A DNA stretch of 64,000 nt from positions 7,480 through 71,479 of the forward strand of contig DF237004.1 of the NCBI GenBank assembly GCA_000708835.1, in the 5' to 3' direction. How positions within the stretch are numbered: position 1 is the stretch's first letter; each line of letters starts with the position of its first letter. Below the pieces are notes generated by a model that had not been told where the DNA came from, ran no database searches, and saw nothing but the letters and a program-made list of their open reading frames with translations. A program made the translations under genes and the position numbers. This document shows positions 1 through 12,685 of this stretch, in pieces. The DNA is from Klebsormidium nitens (Eukaryota; Plantae; Klebsormidiophyceae).

Positions 1-41
1 GAACCGGCGCTCGAACGCTCTAGCTCCCTACGGACTACGGC

Positions 42-80
42 GGCGGCAAAGGCGGCAAAGGCGGCAAAGGCGGCAAAGGC
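42..80 (+). repeat. (GGCGGCAAA)n 9-bp tandem repeat, about 4.3 copies
   Basis: Direct reading: ggcggcaaa at 42, 51, 60 and 69, then ggc. Confidence 0.9.
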
Positions 81-600
81 ACAACACTGGCGCTAATGCT
101 GGCGCATTGAGGGTTTATTTTGACTAATATAGAGTTGGCTCAGCCTTGGGTTAGGTCTCATGGATAACCATTCAATCTCGTAACCATAACCCGTAGGAGT
201 TGCCACGTCATCCGGGTTTGGTTACAAAACTTGTTGACCCGGGTGTAGGTTCCATTGACACAGGCAGGCAACCTGACCAGTCACCTTGAGCACATATTCA
301 AGGCCATAGGGGGGCCATAGTTCCCGAAACTGGCAAAGAATCAAAATTTGCAAGGGGTGCGCACGGGGTGCGCAAGTCTCTAACCATCACCTGACGTTTG
401 AAACAAGATCCAAAACGTCTCGAGCATACATACCTACATATATTTGCGATCGAACTTCAAGTCCTTGACTAGTTGCCTTATTGTCCTATACACATGATAC
501 TCCTTGAGGCTGCATAACATGTGCGCTTCGACTCACTACAACAGCTTAAGCATCTCTCTTCTCTATGACAGTGTTCAGGATTCTGCTTCCCATTCATAAA

Positions 601-3600
601 CTACAACTCGCCATCCCAAAGCTCTGTCGTCGTTTTGTAAGGACCCGTTTTTTTGCCAACGAAACCCGTTCCAGCAACGATGCGCCCCTGCAAAACATAC
701 CACTTCTTTTAGTGAACGCGAACTATAACGGCAGCTCCGTGAAAAGTCGATTGCTCGAACTCAATTGACGGATGTCATGCTGGTCAACGCGGATTCCAGG
801 AGCTAGGCTTGAAGTTGGACCTGAGGACAACTCCAGGACTGTTCAATTCACTCGGCCCGAGGACACCTTTTCAAACCAGGCCCGGGACTCTAGACTTGAA
901 GGGGAGCACAAACCTGGGAATCAAGTTCAGTGAGTTGCGCACAAAGACGAATCTCATCAGGGCCGCAAAAAGCAAGTCGAGGAGTTGACTCAAGACCTAG
1001 ATGTGGGGCAAGACTCAGACAGAAGCCAAACTGACCTGGTCTTCGATCGAGCTGAGCGCCTTCATGTCCTCTTCCGAGAGCGACCACTCGGTCACCTCCA
1101 GATTGCTCCGCAACCGGTCGAAGTTGGTGCTCTTTGGCAGCACGCTCGTGCCCCGCTGGAGGCCCCACCGCAGAACGACCTGCGCGGGCGACTTGCCCAG
1201 CTTCTCCGCTATCTGCACAAAAAGGATATCAAAGTAAATCCAAGCTGAGCCCAAGTCCACAAAAGGTATCAAAAACATAGTTGAACTGTTCACGTGGAAC
1301 CCATGCGGAGTGCAAAGCCCTTGCCCAGCCTTTTCGTGGGCATCGAACGTAGCGGCAAGTGCGGAACGTAAGGGAATTGCAGCAAAAAGCACTAGAACAT
1401 GCAGCTGGAAAAGGGGACCTTCGTGCTTTACAGCACCAGGACAAGCCATTCGACGTCGAAAATCACGAGGTTTCAAATATCAGTGTTGTCCTTGCGTTCA
1501 GATTAAGACTCCGAGAAAATTCGACAACAAACCGCCCTTACTTGCTTCACCACCGGGTACTCAAGCACCTTCCTGTTCTCGTCGCCAGAGCCCAGAGGCG
1601 AGTACGCCTGCAATCAACGGGGAGAGGATGAGAAGCGGGGAAGAAAAGCAACGAAAGAGCGTGCAAAAGCTAATGGGGCGGGTGATTCCAGAATCTTTCA
1701 AAGCCTCAGCGCGCTACATCTGAAAGGCAATCTTGTAAACGGGTTCGAGCAAAGACCAAGGCTTTGTCCGGAACAATCTGGGACAAGTACTTCTGCCAAC
1801 AAGGGATATCGGTACGTTCGTACAACTCCAATAACTCGAGTTTCTACTGCAGCACTGGAGAAAAGCCGTCATTCAGGTTTCAAAAACCCAGCGCATCAAT
1901 ACTTTTTCACCGTTGCATATGCAACATTTCTTGCCGACTGAACTCCTTCCCTTGTCTCCGAATCTTCGGACCAAAGTATTCCTGCTTCGTTTGGAAAGCT
2001 CACCGAAAGATGCACGCCCTTCTCCTTTGCGAACGCCAGCATCTTGTCGTTTCGCCACAGCGGGTGCAGCTCAATCTGGTTCACAGCGGGCGGAACCTTG
2101 GCATAAGACAGAACCTCGCCCAGCTTCTTCATTGACAGGTTGCTAACCCCAATCGACTTCACTAAACCCTGCTCCTTAACCCGCTCCATGGCCCGCCACG
2201 TCTCCTCGTAGTTGGTCTCATCCACCAGCTTCGAGTCGCTCGTGTCGCCCTTGCGGACGCGGAGCGGCCAGTGGATCTGCGGATTAAGAGAGGTTTGAAA
2301 AGGATTAACCAGTACTGTCAGATGTTTTTGGTTCGCCACCACGCTTCGTCGTTCTGAATCTCGCGAGCTTGAAGCGGACAGGTGTGATTACCATATCAGA
2401 GCATGGGCAAGCATGAACACAAAACATGGGTTGGGAGGACTGGTTGTGGCACCTCTACTTCGAGAACGTCCTGATAAGGTTGACTTCATACAATGAGGAA
2501 TAATGGCTAAAGGTAGACACCTGGATACAGTGAAGAAGCTTGCTTGGCTGAAAGAAAGACCAAAACGCACCAGAGGGAAGGAGGGAGGGCGACGAGAGAC
2601 AAATTGCACAATATATCAAAGTCATCAATACAGTGAAAAAGCACCGAGAGAGCCCCTGGAAAGATAGCACCCAAACGAGAAAGGTTGGCGCTCACGGAAG
2701 AAACGATGGCTCACTAGGGCAGATGCATCAAGAAAAGTATGCTTACCAGATACAAGTCCAGATACTCGAGCTTGAGGTCCGACAGCGTTTGCTTGAGAGC
2801 TTGTGGCACATCCTCCGCCGCATGCTGGTCGTTCCAGAGCTTGGACGTGACAAAAAGCTCCTCCCGCTTGACAAGGCCCTCCTTGAACGCGGACTGGAGC
2901 GCTACGCCTATCTGCATATGGATTGTGGTACATCACTCGTGGCTTTTCTAGATCCTTGTCAGGAAAAAAGACTTCTTCTGTCGTGTTGGATAGGAGACTA
3001 TGACGAGGTCTGCGTGGTTGAGCCCCTGTCAAGGCAGCGACTCCGGTCACAGAGCCGCTCTCATAGAGCAGAAGGTTCAACAGGTTCGGTCCACCAGCAA
3101 CCCTGTTTATGAGACTGTGACGTAGCTCCTGAAGCTTGTTCTGAGGCGGACAAAGTGCTGCCTGCAGTATGCATCATGATGTAAAGCCTCCAAAAGTTCC
3201 AGTTTGAGAAAAGCTTCAATGCTCAGAGCAAATATAAATGAAGAGATAATCTCAAAGAGCCCCACCGCACAACTTTCTAACAATGGTGGTACAGATGGTT
3301 TCTTTGAATGAAGAGAGCCCTTATGCCCTGCAAAATCTCCCTGTTTGGCATCGCTAAAACTGAACTGTGGGCTTCCAGAGATGGAGAGGTGTAGCTGCAT
3401 GCATTGGTGGCAAGCAGTCAATAGTCTAACTATACCAGCACAGCATCAGACAGCATGGCCGATGGGAGAAGCCTGAATTGCACCCAAGCACAAAAGGGAG
3501 GTCAAGCGGGGGTCAGTGCAGCCAAAGCACTGGTTACATAGTCCAAGCTACCACCACCACTACTTTTTTCACCCCCTTTTTCTGAATGTTTTCCAAGCCG

Positions 3601-4092
3601 CAGCCAAGGAGGTGAGAAACCCTCCCTAACCAACAACTGGCTAAAAAGTTTAAAAGTCTTTTGACAAGGATCAGGTTTTGCACCATCCCTTCATAACGCC
3701 GTTATGTGATGGTGGTGGATATAATTACACCACACCACACCACATGTCCATCACAAGATTGCTTCCCTCAAGCTTGGCATACTGATCAAAGCACAACCAA
3801 AGCATGGTATCAACAAGTGAAGGAGTTCATCCGTTGAACCTCCGGTTTCAGTGAGGGTCTTCTGCATCAACTTAGGAAGAAAGTATATGCTGAAAAAGCT
3901 CCTTACCTCAGCCTCATTGCCGTAAATTGCCGCGCAGTCAATGTGCCGGTATCCAGCCTTAATTGCAGTCTTGACAGCCTCCCCCACTTGGCCTGGCTCA
4001 GATCGCCAGGTCCCCAAACCAACGCCAGGAATCTGATGGCCAGAGTTCAACTTGAAGGAAACTTTCGTCCCCGTGCCCACTTCAGAACCCAT
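601..4092 (-). CDS. NADPH-dependent aldo-keto reductase (plant AKR4C-like), 6 exons, ~317 aa
   Basis: Exons 4092-3907, 2911-2747, 2276-2004, 1607-1542, 1212-1036, 687-601, all GT-AG and phase 0. Motifs [64 protein letters not shown]; ends ELWDGEL*. Confidence 0.93.
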
Positions 4093-4442
4093 GCTCACAG
4101 CAGATTGCGCAAACGTGCGGAGCAGGAACGAGGTGCGGCGGGCGCACGTGGCAAGCAAACTTTGAGACGCAATGGTGCTTGATTTGGGCGTGAGGAGATC
4201 AGGATGGAAGTCGGAAGGGACACCTTTTAAATTTTGATTGACCCACTTGATCAGCAAAAGCTTGGACGAAGCTTTGGCCTAGGGAAAGCGACTGGCAAAC
4301 AGTGTGGATAGATACCGGTACTCAAGGAATCACGAGGAAGACGGTCCCTTTCAAAAAGCATCCAGCCAGCATGCAGCCGTCGATGATCGTAGAGGGTGCC
4401 ACTTGTGTGCATGTGGGAGTTTCTCGACCCTCTCTGACGTAC

Positions 4443-4707
4443 CCGTAGTGGCACGACCCATTCGCACCAAGCTCTTACGAAAATTATTTTTTTCGCTTTT
4501 CTGATTTCGCACCAAGGTTCGGGGGGATATTTTCTTATCGCACAAGCGCAAATTTACAGTGTTTCAGCCCATTTCTACGCGATTTCAGGCTTCATTTGGG
4601 TTTATTTCCGTTTCGCTCTTTCGCACCAAGGTCAGAATAATTTCCGGAATTTTTCGCACCAAGGCCTTTCGAATTATTTTTGGTGCGAATGGGTCGTGCC
4701 ACTACGG
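4443..4707. mobile_element. MITE, 265 bp, with perfect 28-bp terminal inverted repeats
   Basis: CCGTAGTGGCACGACCCATTCGCACCAA at 4443-4470 and its reverse complement at 4680-4707. Flanked by direct TAC (4440-4442 and 4708-4710). Internal TTCGCACCAAG repeats at 4461, 4506, 4620 and 4653. AT-rich interior with no coding capacity. Confidence 0.85.
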
Positions 4708-4825
4708 TACCCCTTACGTCATTTCAATGGCGGATCAGTCCATTCAAGTTGGCAAGCTCCAACCCACGAAAGTGCATTCTTGATCCGCATTTGCTTCTCA
4801 ATCCAACGGATCGGCACCTGACCGC

Positions 4826-7800
4826 ATGTCCAGTCTCGTCCTCCTGGCAGCACTTCAGAAGCGTTGCCTGACGTCCCCTTTTACTTCTCGCATCACATCA
4901 CAGGCGCGCACCACTTATCAGAGATCTGTCATAGGCTTATATCATCCCTCCGTTGCATTTACTGGGACTGCAAGCGGAACTGCACTTATCAAACCAACGT
5001 TGGCATCTTGCGCTTATCGCAGCCCGCACAACGGTTCTAGGGTAGTGTCATTTCCTGCCAGGGCAACGATGTCGGCTGTGGACAACAAGAGAGCAAGGAC
5101 GGAGGAGGCAGTCGGGGAGGGCGCCAAAAAGCTGCAGCTCTACTCGCTTGCTACTCCGAATGGACAGAAGGTAAGAGTGCAACAACTAACAGTCAGGGAA
5201 GGAGGGTAGAAAGCAAACGAACGTGATCTTTCGTTGTTAATCAGGATTGGTTCCTCCCATCTGAGATGAGCACTGGTGGTTGAAGTAAAGTATCCAGAAG
5301 AGGTTTGCAAGGTGGTCGTTTGATGGCCGCTCTAGCACCTGCAGTGGCTCAGAAAACAAGGTGATGCTGTGGCTTGCTTGTGCACGTTCCTTGCACATGT
5401 TGCCTCATATTTTGACGTGGATTGCACAAAGGTTTGCTGCGTAGGCAATTATTGGCGGTCTTTTTCAACAATCTGGCTGAGTGGTCGCAACAGTGGTCGC
5501 ACAGTGCTTATAATCTGATCCGTACTCAAAAGGTACTATTTTTATGCAGAAGGTTTGCTTTGATTTGAGTCCTGAGCAAAAGTCTGAAGCAGATTCTAGA
5601 CCACGCTCAAATAGGAATGGTAGAAACAGAGGGCAGACAATCGTGGGCTCGAGTTTCTGAAATACCTGGCAAGTCTGACTAACGAAGAGTAAACCTCTAA
5701 AGGGCCTCAATCAGGACCAAGCTTGGGAACAGCAGGATGATTAAATGATGGCTCAAAGATCTGGCCTTTAGAATGTTCATCAATTGCCACCTTTAGGAAG
5801 AAGCTGGAGGAGCATGTGAAGGAGCCTTGTGGAGAATACTGTTAGATGGATTGCCGATTGCCTTGTTAAGCACTCGCCAGACTGAACAGCTGATCTCCCG
5901 ACAGCATTGAAGTGTCAACCCACCAGTCCGGACGATTACCATAATCACCACCTCCATACGAATTGATTAGGAAAATGATGGTGTTCCAAGGTCCTTTGAG
6001 GTTGCCACCTCCTGACAGGCGCTCTGGGACAGTCACAGGCTTGATCCGGAGAGAGGTTGCTCTGTTTTAGACCGGATTCTAGGCAAAAGCCCCATACTTC
6101 TATCTGACTGCCATGTTGATTCTGGGGACTTCAGTCCATGACATGGTACCTGAAGAAAGTAAAGATGGTGCGCGAGGTGTGGTTGGCATCCAGTAGCAAG
6201 ATATGCACTTTACAAAGTGTCCCTGCTCATGCAGATTGGAGTTGCGCTGGAGGAGATGGAGATTCCTTACGACGCGCACACTATTGACATATTCAAGAAC
6301 ACCCAGTTTGAGGACTGGTATGTGAAGATCAACCCCAACTCCAAAATCCCGTCAATCGTGGACCCCAATGGCCCAGGTAAGCAGCCCCTCATATGTCCTC
6401 GAAGGCTTGAGCACAGAATTCGCGTTTGAATTGGGTCAATCACTGCACCCAGATTGGCTTGCCACATATGGTGCTGTAAAAGTCGACTCCATGGAAAACA
6501 GAAGTTAGTTAACGATTGTTGTTTCAGAAGCCCTTGTATTTCCAGTGGCCCTGCGGAAATAACCACAAGGATGATCTACCAAGGCTCGTTAGCTTGGTAT
6601 CGTACATATTTCCACTGACATGAAACCATTGAAAAGCATCTGGTTTGGCTTGGTGGATTTGCAGTTATTGAGCAGAGTCGCTGGTCGATTCAGTTGTTGG
6701 AGTTGACTTCAGAAAGAAAGTCCGCCATCTCTAAATCATCGAGCAAGTCATATCGTTGGACATTCGGCTTTTGTTTCGGTCGAGTACAGCTTCGTATCAA
6801 ATTGATTGAAACCATTTCAACATCGGCAAAACGTCAGCCACTCTCAAATGCTTGGGTAAGGCACCTCAATAAAGACCCGACCTTCAATCAGTCAAAATAA
6901 CATGCATTCAAAAGCCTTGTGGGTGGATCTCAACTGCATCCGCTTGTCTGCTCTGGGCGTGCTTTTTCACGGCAAACCGACCAGCTTTCTGCATATCGTG
7001 CCAATAATCTTTAGCAATTGTGTGCAGGCGGTGAAGAGGTGCACATGATGGAGAGCTGCGCAATCCTGGTGTACTTAGCGGAGAAGACGGGCAAGTTCCT
7101 GTCCAAGGATCCGATCAAGCGGCTCGAGACCCTGCAGTGGCTCTTCTTCCAGGTGGGTTTGAAGAGTCTGAGCTCTTCTCCACTTTCGTGACCGCCGGTA
7201 TCATCGCTTTCCCAGAGATTGAAAGTGTTGTGGGCTGCGCTGAAAAAACTCTTTTTATTCTTCGCTCCAACGTTGTACAGCGTTTTGAATTCAGGGAATG
7301 TCAGGTCCCCATTCCTCATGTCTGGCTTCTTGCGCCTTTCGCATTCTTGCACGAGCCAGAACGATGATTTGTGGGACCAGTCCGTGAACTCCGTTCAGAC
7401 TCTCCTGAAAGCAGCACTACGTTCTCGAAACGTAAGCTTCTCGTTTTAAGCGCAGCCCGCGTTGCGTTCCATCTAGTCCTGGCGCGCTTTCTGTAACAGA
7501 TTGGAGCTTATGCAGGCCAGTCCGCCCATCAAGTAGTTTGCCGCTCGTGTCATACAACGGCATGGGTTCTCTCTACCGGTGAAGTCGTTTGCTGATTCCA
7601 TCGGTCACCTCCTTGATTGAACCGCTAGTTCAAAGGTTGACCATCATTGATTGCGTCACAAGGCTCCTCAAATCGGTCAATATTGGGGCTGCCAGTACGG
7701 GCACTCCACAACGCAGGCGAAAAGTGTGCACATTATTCTTCTCCCTGACGTCAATCGCTGATCTCACTGCCCATCTAGCTCATTAGTCAGCTGACGTCAT

Positions 7801-9072
7801 TGCTGGCGTCATCAGGCGGCCCGCATCGGGCCGATGTCGGGGCAGTACGGTTACCTCCTCAAGTACCTACAGCGGCACAAAGTGCACTTGATTGCTTCCA
7901 CTTCTGACGTCGGACGCTTAGGTTATCGTTGATGTGATTCCTTGTTTCACCGGCTGACGTCATTCCTCACGTCGTCAGGCGGCGCACGTCGGGCCGATGT
8001 CGGGGCAGTACGGCCACTTCCAAAAGCACGTCGGCAAGAGGTTTGCTCAATTCCTGCACGGCTGACGTCAGATACCAATGTCACCGTTCAACCGACTGCC
8101 TGTTTTCACCATCTGACGTCATTGCTTGCGTCATCAGGCGGCGCACGTCGGGCCGATGTCGGGCCAGTACGGGCACTTCCACAAGTACGTTGGCGAGAAG
8201 TGCACGCACCCGTACCCCGAAGAGCGCTACCGCACGGAGGTGACGCGGCTGCTGGGCGTGCTGGACAAGCGGCTGGAGGGGCGCGAGTTCCTCGTTGACG
8301 ACGGGTGAGTGTCGCTTTACGGTCCCTTTTCCTGACCTCGCGATGGGTTTGTTTGATTATGAGCATTTGGTTGCTAGTTCCATCTGTGAGTTCCGGGTGT
8401 CTTCTGAAGGATAGACCTTCTGGCTGGAGGGTCTCGAGTTCCTCAATGACGATGGGTGAGTCTCGGTTAATCTTCAAACCCATTGGGGCATTCGTTCAAT
8501 CACAAGATAGGCTTCTCGTCTTTTCCTAATTGCTTGTCTCTTACGGGCACTGGGGTTGTGGCGCGTTCTGCGCGCTTTATTTAGTAGGCTCGATGGACAA
8601 CTGCAACAGCAGTCCGCCAAAAGGCCAGGTCGCTTGATTAGGGCATTGGAACCGGTCACCCAGCGCTGAAGACGAAAGGCATTTTGATCAATCATGTTAA
8701 CCGTGTGCTCACGCTGCGCATGCAGTCTTACATTGGGCCCGAACCAACCCGTCTTTCAGAGAGCTTGCGATTCTTGTCACGGTTGCAGAATGGGTTCTTT
8801 AAAGACCCGCTCTCGGTCCACATTTAATCATGCTCGACGTCATGTAGCGTCGGTCAGGGTCGCACAAGCTGACGTCACGGCTCGCTCGCAGGTTCTCCAT
8901 CGCGGACATGGCCACTTTCCCGTGGCTCGAGTGCATCCGCGGGCCCAAAGGCTACGGCTCTCCGCAGTTGCTCGAGCCACACAAGAACGTGACGGCGTAC
9001 CTGGACAGGTGTCTGGCGCGGCCGGCCGTCAAGAGGGGGATGGGCGTCACCCCGTTTCCCGAGCGGAAATGA
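4826..9072 (+). CDS. Glutathione S-transferase / disulfide oxidoreductase of the YghU-YfcG (Nu/Ure2p-like) class, with probable organellar transit peptide; 5 exons
   Basis: Exons 4826-5170, 6235-6376, 7028-7152, 8138-8304, 8892-9072. Motifs LQLYSLATPNGQKI, INPNSKIPSIVD, MESCAILVYLAEK, LQWLFFQ, GPMSGQYGHF, FSIADMATFPW. The first ~80 aa are S/T/R/A-rich, which suggests a transit peptide. Confidence 0.9.
7690..8200 (+). repeat. Tandem ~150-163-bp repeats copying the branch point, acceptor and 5' part of GST exon 4
   Basis: g[cg]cagtacgg aligns at 7691, 7841, 8004 and 8163. CTGACGTCA...CAG|GCGGC precedes the copies starting at 7816, 7979 and 8138; only the last is the complete exon. Confidence 0.88.
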
Positions 9073-10417
9073 GTGCAGTATTAGGGAGTGAACGGCACGC
9101 AATTTTGCCGAGGAAGTGTAACACATTTTTGCGGATTGAGGTTGCACGATCACCCCAACCAAATCAATTGAAGCCGCCGAATGAGTTGGATCATTGTCCG
9201 TTAACTGGAGCCGAGAGACAGTCTGCGCCGCTCTCATACAGATGGATTGAGATTTGAGTCGGCTGTAACGATCAAAGCAAATATTCACTCGAGCTCCCTT
9301 AAGCAGTCAACAATGCACATCTCCAGATGTCAGTTTACCATGTAGTTTACGTGGGGCAGATTTAAACGCAGCTAGTAAGTCAAGCGGTCGGACATGATTG
9401 TTTTAACTAATTGGCTACAAAGGTTTTGCTGAGTTCGCTGCGTTCAATGTATTTATAGGTGTTTATTTGTTACGTGGCACGCAAAACTAATCGTGGATAC
9501 AGAAAGCCTAACTTCCTCAGGCAAGCTGAAGTAAAAAAGTCGCCATAACATGATGCAGAGATCGCGATCTCTGAATCCTGAAAGCATGCGCCATGGCTCT
9601 CAAAATATTTCCTTTGGCACCATTGCCGATGGTCAACTAGATGAAACTTGTGAAAGCATGCACAGTGGATCGACCACAATATCATCAGAGTGACAGCGCC
9701 TATAGCTGCAGATAGGCATGCTAAGAGCATGCTTGCACCTGATGGCACTGATCTCTTTGACAGCAACTTCATTTGGTTATGTCGGCTGTTTGATCCGGTC
9801 TGAATCCGCATTCGGTAGCAGATGTGGCGGCAGAGTGGCCGCAGCGTCAATATATCCCGTCCGGACATTTAAGACCTGGCCACCATTTCGACGATCACTT
9901 GATCATATGGGGAACTAAGTGGATATGCAGTGAGACGGAGTCCTTAAGACTCCCCATGCTTGACAATCGCAAGACATACCGGTATTGGGTTACGTAATGA
10001 CCCTACATTGCCAAGTTATACTGTTTTAGTCAACTTTGTGTTGACACTGATCCACCGGTGAAAACCCAACAATTGAAACGTGCAGCTCACACACGTATCG
10101 TCGTGGCCGATTGAAGCTTCGTTCGAACCAGAGTACCGAAGGTACATTGATGTGATTCGCAGCATATGATTTCAAATTGTGCTCCTGACTGTGCGGGCAC
10201 TTGCAAGCAGCGCACGCATGCACGAAGTGGTAGCGGCGAAGGAAGGACGACAGCAAGAAGCGCATTTGCAGAAGCGGGTTGCAAAGCGGAAGGCACAAAA
10301 CGCTGTGCGCGGACAAAACAAAAGCTGCAGTGGAGCTCACGTATCAAAGTAGAACCGTCATCACAACTGGGGTTGGAATCTCCTCAATCGAGGCGCGCGC
10401 GTTTTGTTTGCAAAGCG

Positions 10418-12685
10418 ATGGAGGGCGACCTGGACGAGACTGTGGAGCGCTGCGCTTCCCTGCTGACGTCAGAAAGTGACGGGATCCGGGCCGGTTGGAG
10501 CCTGCTGATAGGCCTTCTTCAAGGTGGAGATGAGAATCGGCTGAGATTCGCCAGGGTCGCCCAAGAGATAGCGGCATGTAACGGGGGCGCCGTACTTAGG
10601 CGGCTCTTGTGGCTGACGCTCGGGCGACTATACCGGATTGAGCTCGATACTGAAGGTCGCCAACACTTCCTCGCATCTAGTTACACGCTGTCGCTTGGGA
10701 TGCTGACGTCGAGCAAGGTGGTAGTGAAGCGCTGCTTGAGAGAGGGACTCCGGCCGGGAGGGGAGGAGAACAAATTCCGGCCGGAAGAGGATGATGAAAC
10801 CGGAACAAAGCGGGGGGAGAAGGACAACGGAGGAGGACCGGAAGAGAAACGGAACGGAAGAGGGCCAGAAGAGAAGGAGAACGCGCGGCAGATCTACGCG
10901 CACCTTTTGCGGCACGTCGCGCACTTCTGCAAGATCGTGCGCCTCTCGGGGGGCCTTTGGAACTCTTCCACCTTAAAACGTTTGTCCACTTTGGTCGTGG
11001 CCGGTTCTCTGGAATGCCTGGCCAACTTTGCGCGGGCTTCGAAAGCATTCCGGGACGCTATTCGCGACGCAGCGGAAGAGCCGAACATGTTCGAGCAACT
11101 TACGGACCTGCTGCGCTCGGAGTGCGTGGCACAAATGTCCTCTGATATTGTCCGGAAGATCCGGCTCGCTTTGGCGGGTCTAGCAGTCTCGCTCGCGTCT
11201 TCTGCGGACAGTCAATTTTGGGCAATCGACCGGGGTCTCCTAAAGCTGATCGCAACCATCTACGAAGCGTCCCCCGTGCGAGAGTTGGCCAAACTGTCCA
11301 AGCGGGCGGCGTCTCCGGCGTACCGCTGCAACATCGCCCTGTTCCGCTTGCTTTCCGTGGACACTCTAGCGGAAAAGCTGCGCGCGCACAACGTGCTCGA
11401 AGGTTTCCGCCCTCACAAGCGGACGATCAACAGCGCGGAACCGGAGTCCCACCCCTGGGCGTACTTCGAAGGCAGGTTGCAAGGTCTGGAGATGCCCCTG
11501 AGACGCGAGCTTTCCGCCGCGGATTGGAAGCTCGCGGAAGAACAGCTCAGCGGAAGGTACTTGGTCCCGGTTGTATGCTCGTGGAGGCTGTGCGCGGCCG
11601 GCCGCGAGCCCGTCATTGGGAAGGGGTTTAGCAAATGCGGGCGCTGCCAGGTGGCACGCTACTGCAGGTGAGAGCCCCGTCGTACCAGCGGAAAACCATT
11701 TCATTTGCCGGTCCGCTTCGCGTTCTGCGTGAAGTCGACAAGATGCGGCCAAGTGGTTCAATCAATGTCTTCCTTAAGAAAAGAAGGCATTATTTCCCGA
11801 TTCAATTGTCTTCAGATTGTAAGTATTTTCCCGTACGAGATCGTCTTTCTGAGGCTTCTCTTTTGATCTAGCCATTCCTACTCGTCTTGGCAATGACGTC
11901 AAGGATGCCTTCGGGTGGACAACTTGGAACTCTGGCTTCGAATCGTCTCTTTGCAACCTTGAGGTCTGATTGGGGCAACCGAACGTCAAAAAGTTTCCTA
12001 GCTCGACAGAAGGAGTCGTCAGAAAGTGTCAAATTGAATGGGGAGATCGCAGCCGCGGACTGGATACGCGGATTGACTTTCGTTCTTCCCTGTCAGACCT
12101 CACTTTGAGTACAGAGGTTACGAGTTGTCATGCTGCAGAGAACCTTTCAGGGTCTAGCTCGGGAGCTGGCAAATAGGCCCATGGCCGGTAATGTTTCTCT
12201 GCACGTACACAGTAAATCGAGACCCGGTTTAAGTACGCTTTTCAGTATGGGCAGGGAGGATTATGTTCAGCATCGATCTGAAAAAAGAGACCTTTCAGAC
12301 GATATTAGTCTTACGATTTGAAGTCGAACTTCAAGGCGCCTATGTCCTTGATGAGGGGACTTTTCAGTCGGAATCGTTCTTTAAGACCGTGCTTGATCCG
12401 GGTCCTGATTTATAGTGGTAGTCCAAATATGCATCCTTCGCGTCCCTGTTGCATTTGGTGTCCGTATCTCGCTCAGATCTTTTGGAGGATTTGGATCTAG
12501 CCCGAGCGTTCATCCGTTGAAGGTTACTTCAGCATCTGAACCGTGCAACATGTTCGAACACGGCCAAGTGTCATTTACACGTGCTTCTTTCATGCAGCAA
12601 GGAGCATCAGAAGCTGCACTGGGAGACCCATAAGAAACATTGCAAGGCACCTCAGGCAAAGAAAGACGTGACGAAGACAGAATGA
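10418..12685 (+). CDS. MYND-type zinc-finger protein (N-terminal helical region, C-terminal MYND), 2 exons, ~445 aa
   Basis: Exon 1 10418-11667 (ATG MEGDLDE... to YCS with ag|gtgag donor); exon 2 12598-12685 ([15 protein letters not shown]...*). Joined motif CSWRLC...[26 protein letters not shown] matches the MYND pattern. The start codon is inferred from the paralog at 34556. Confidence 0.85.

Noticed and set aside
1-110. GGKGGKGGK- or AAKAAK-encoding repeat as the end of a gene
   Set aside because: Too little sequence at the window edge, no splice or family evidence; kept only as a repeat.
4093-4257. In-frame upstream extension of the AKR ORF as a transit peptide
   Set aside because: The ORF track starts at TTG and there is no in-frame ATG upstream of 4092.
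10166-10417. 84-aa N-terminal extension of the MYND ORF
   Set aside because: Non-ATG start; the paralog region keeps similarity but not the frame. ATG 10418 matches the paralog's ATG 34556.
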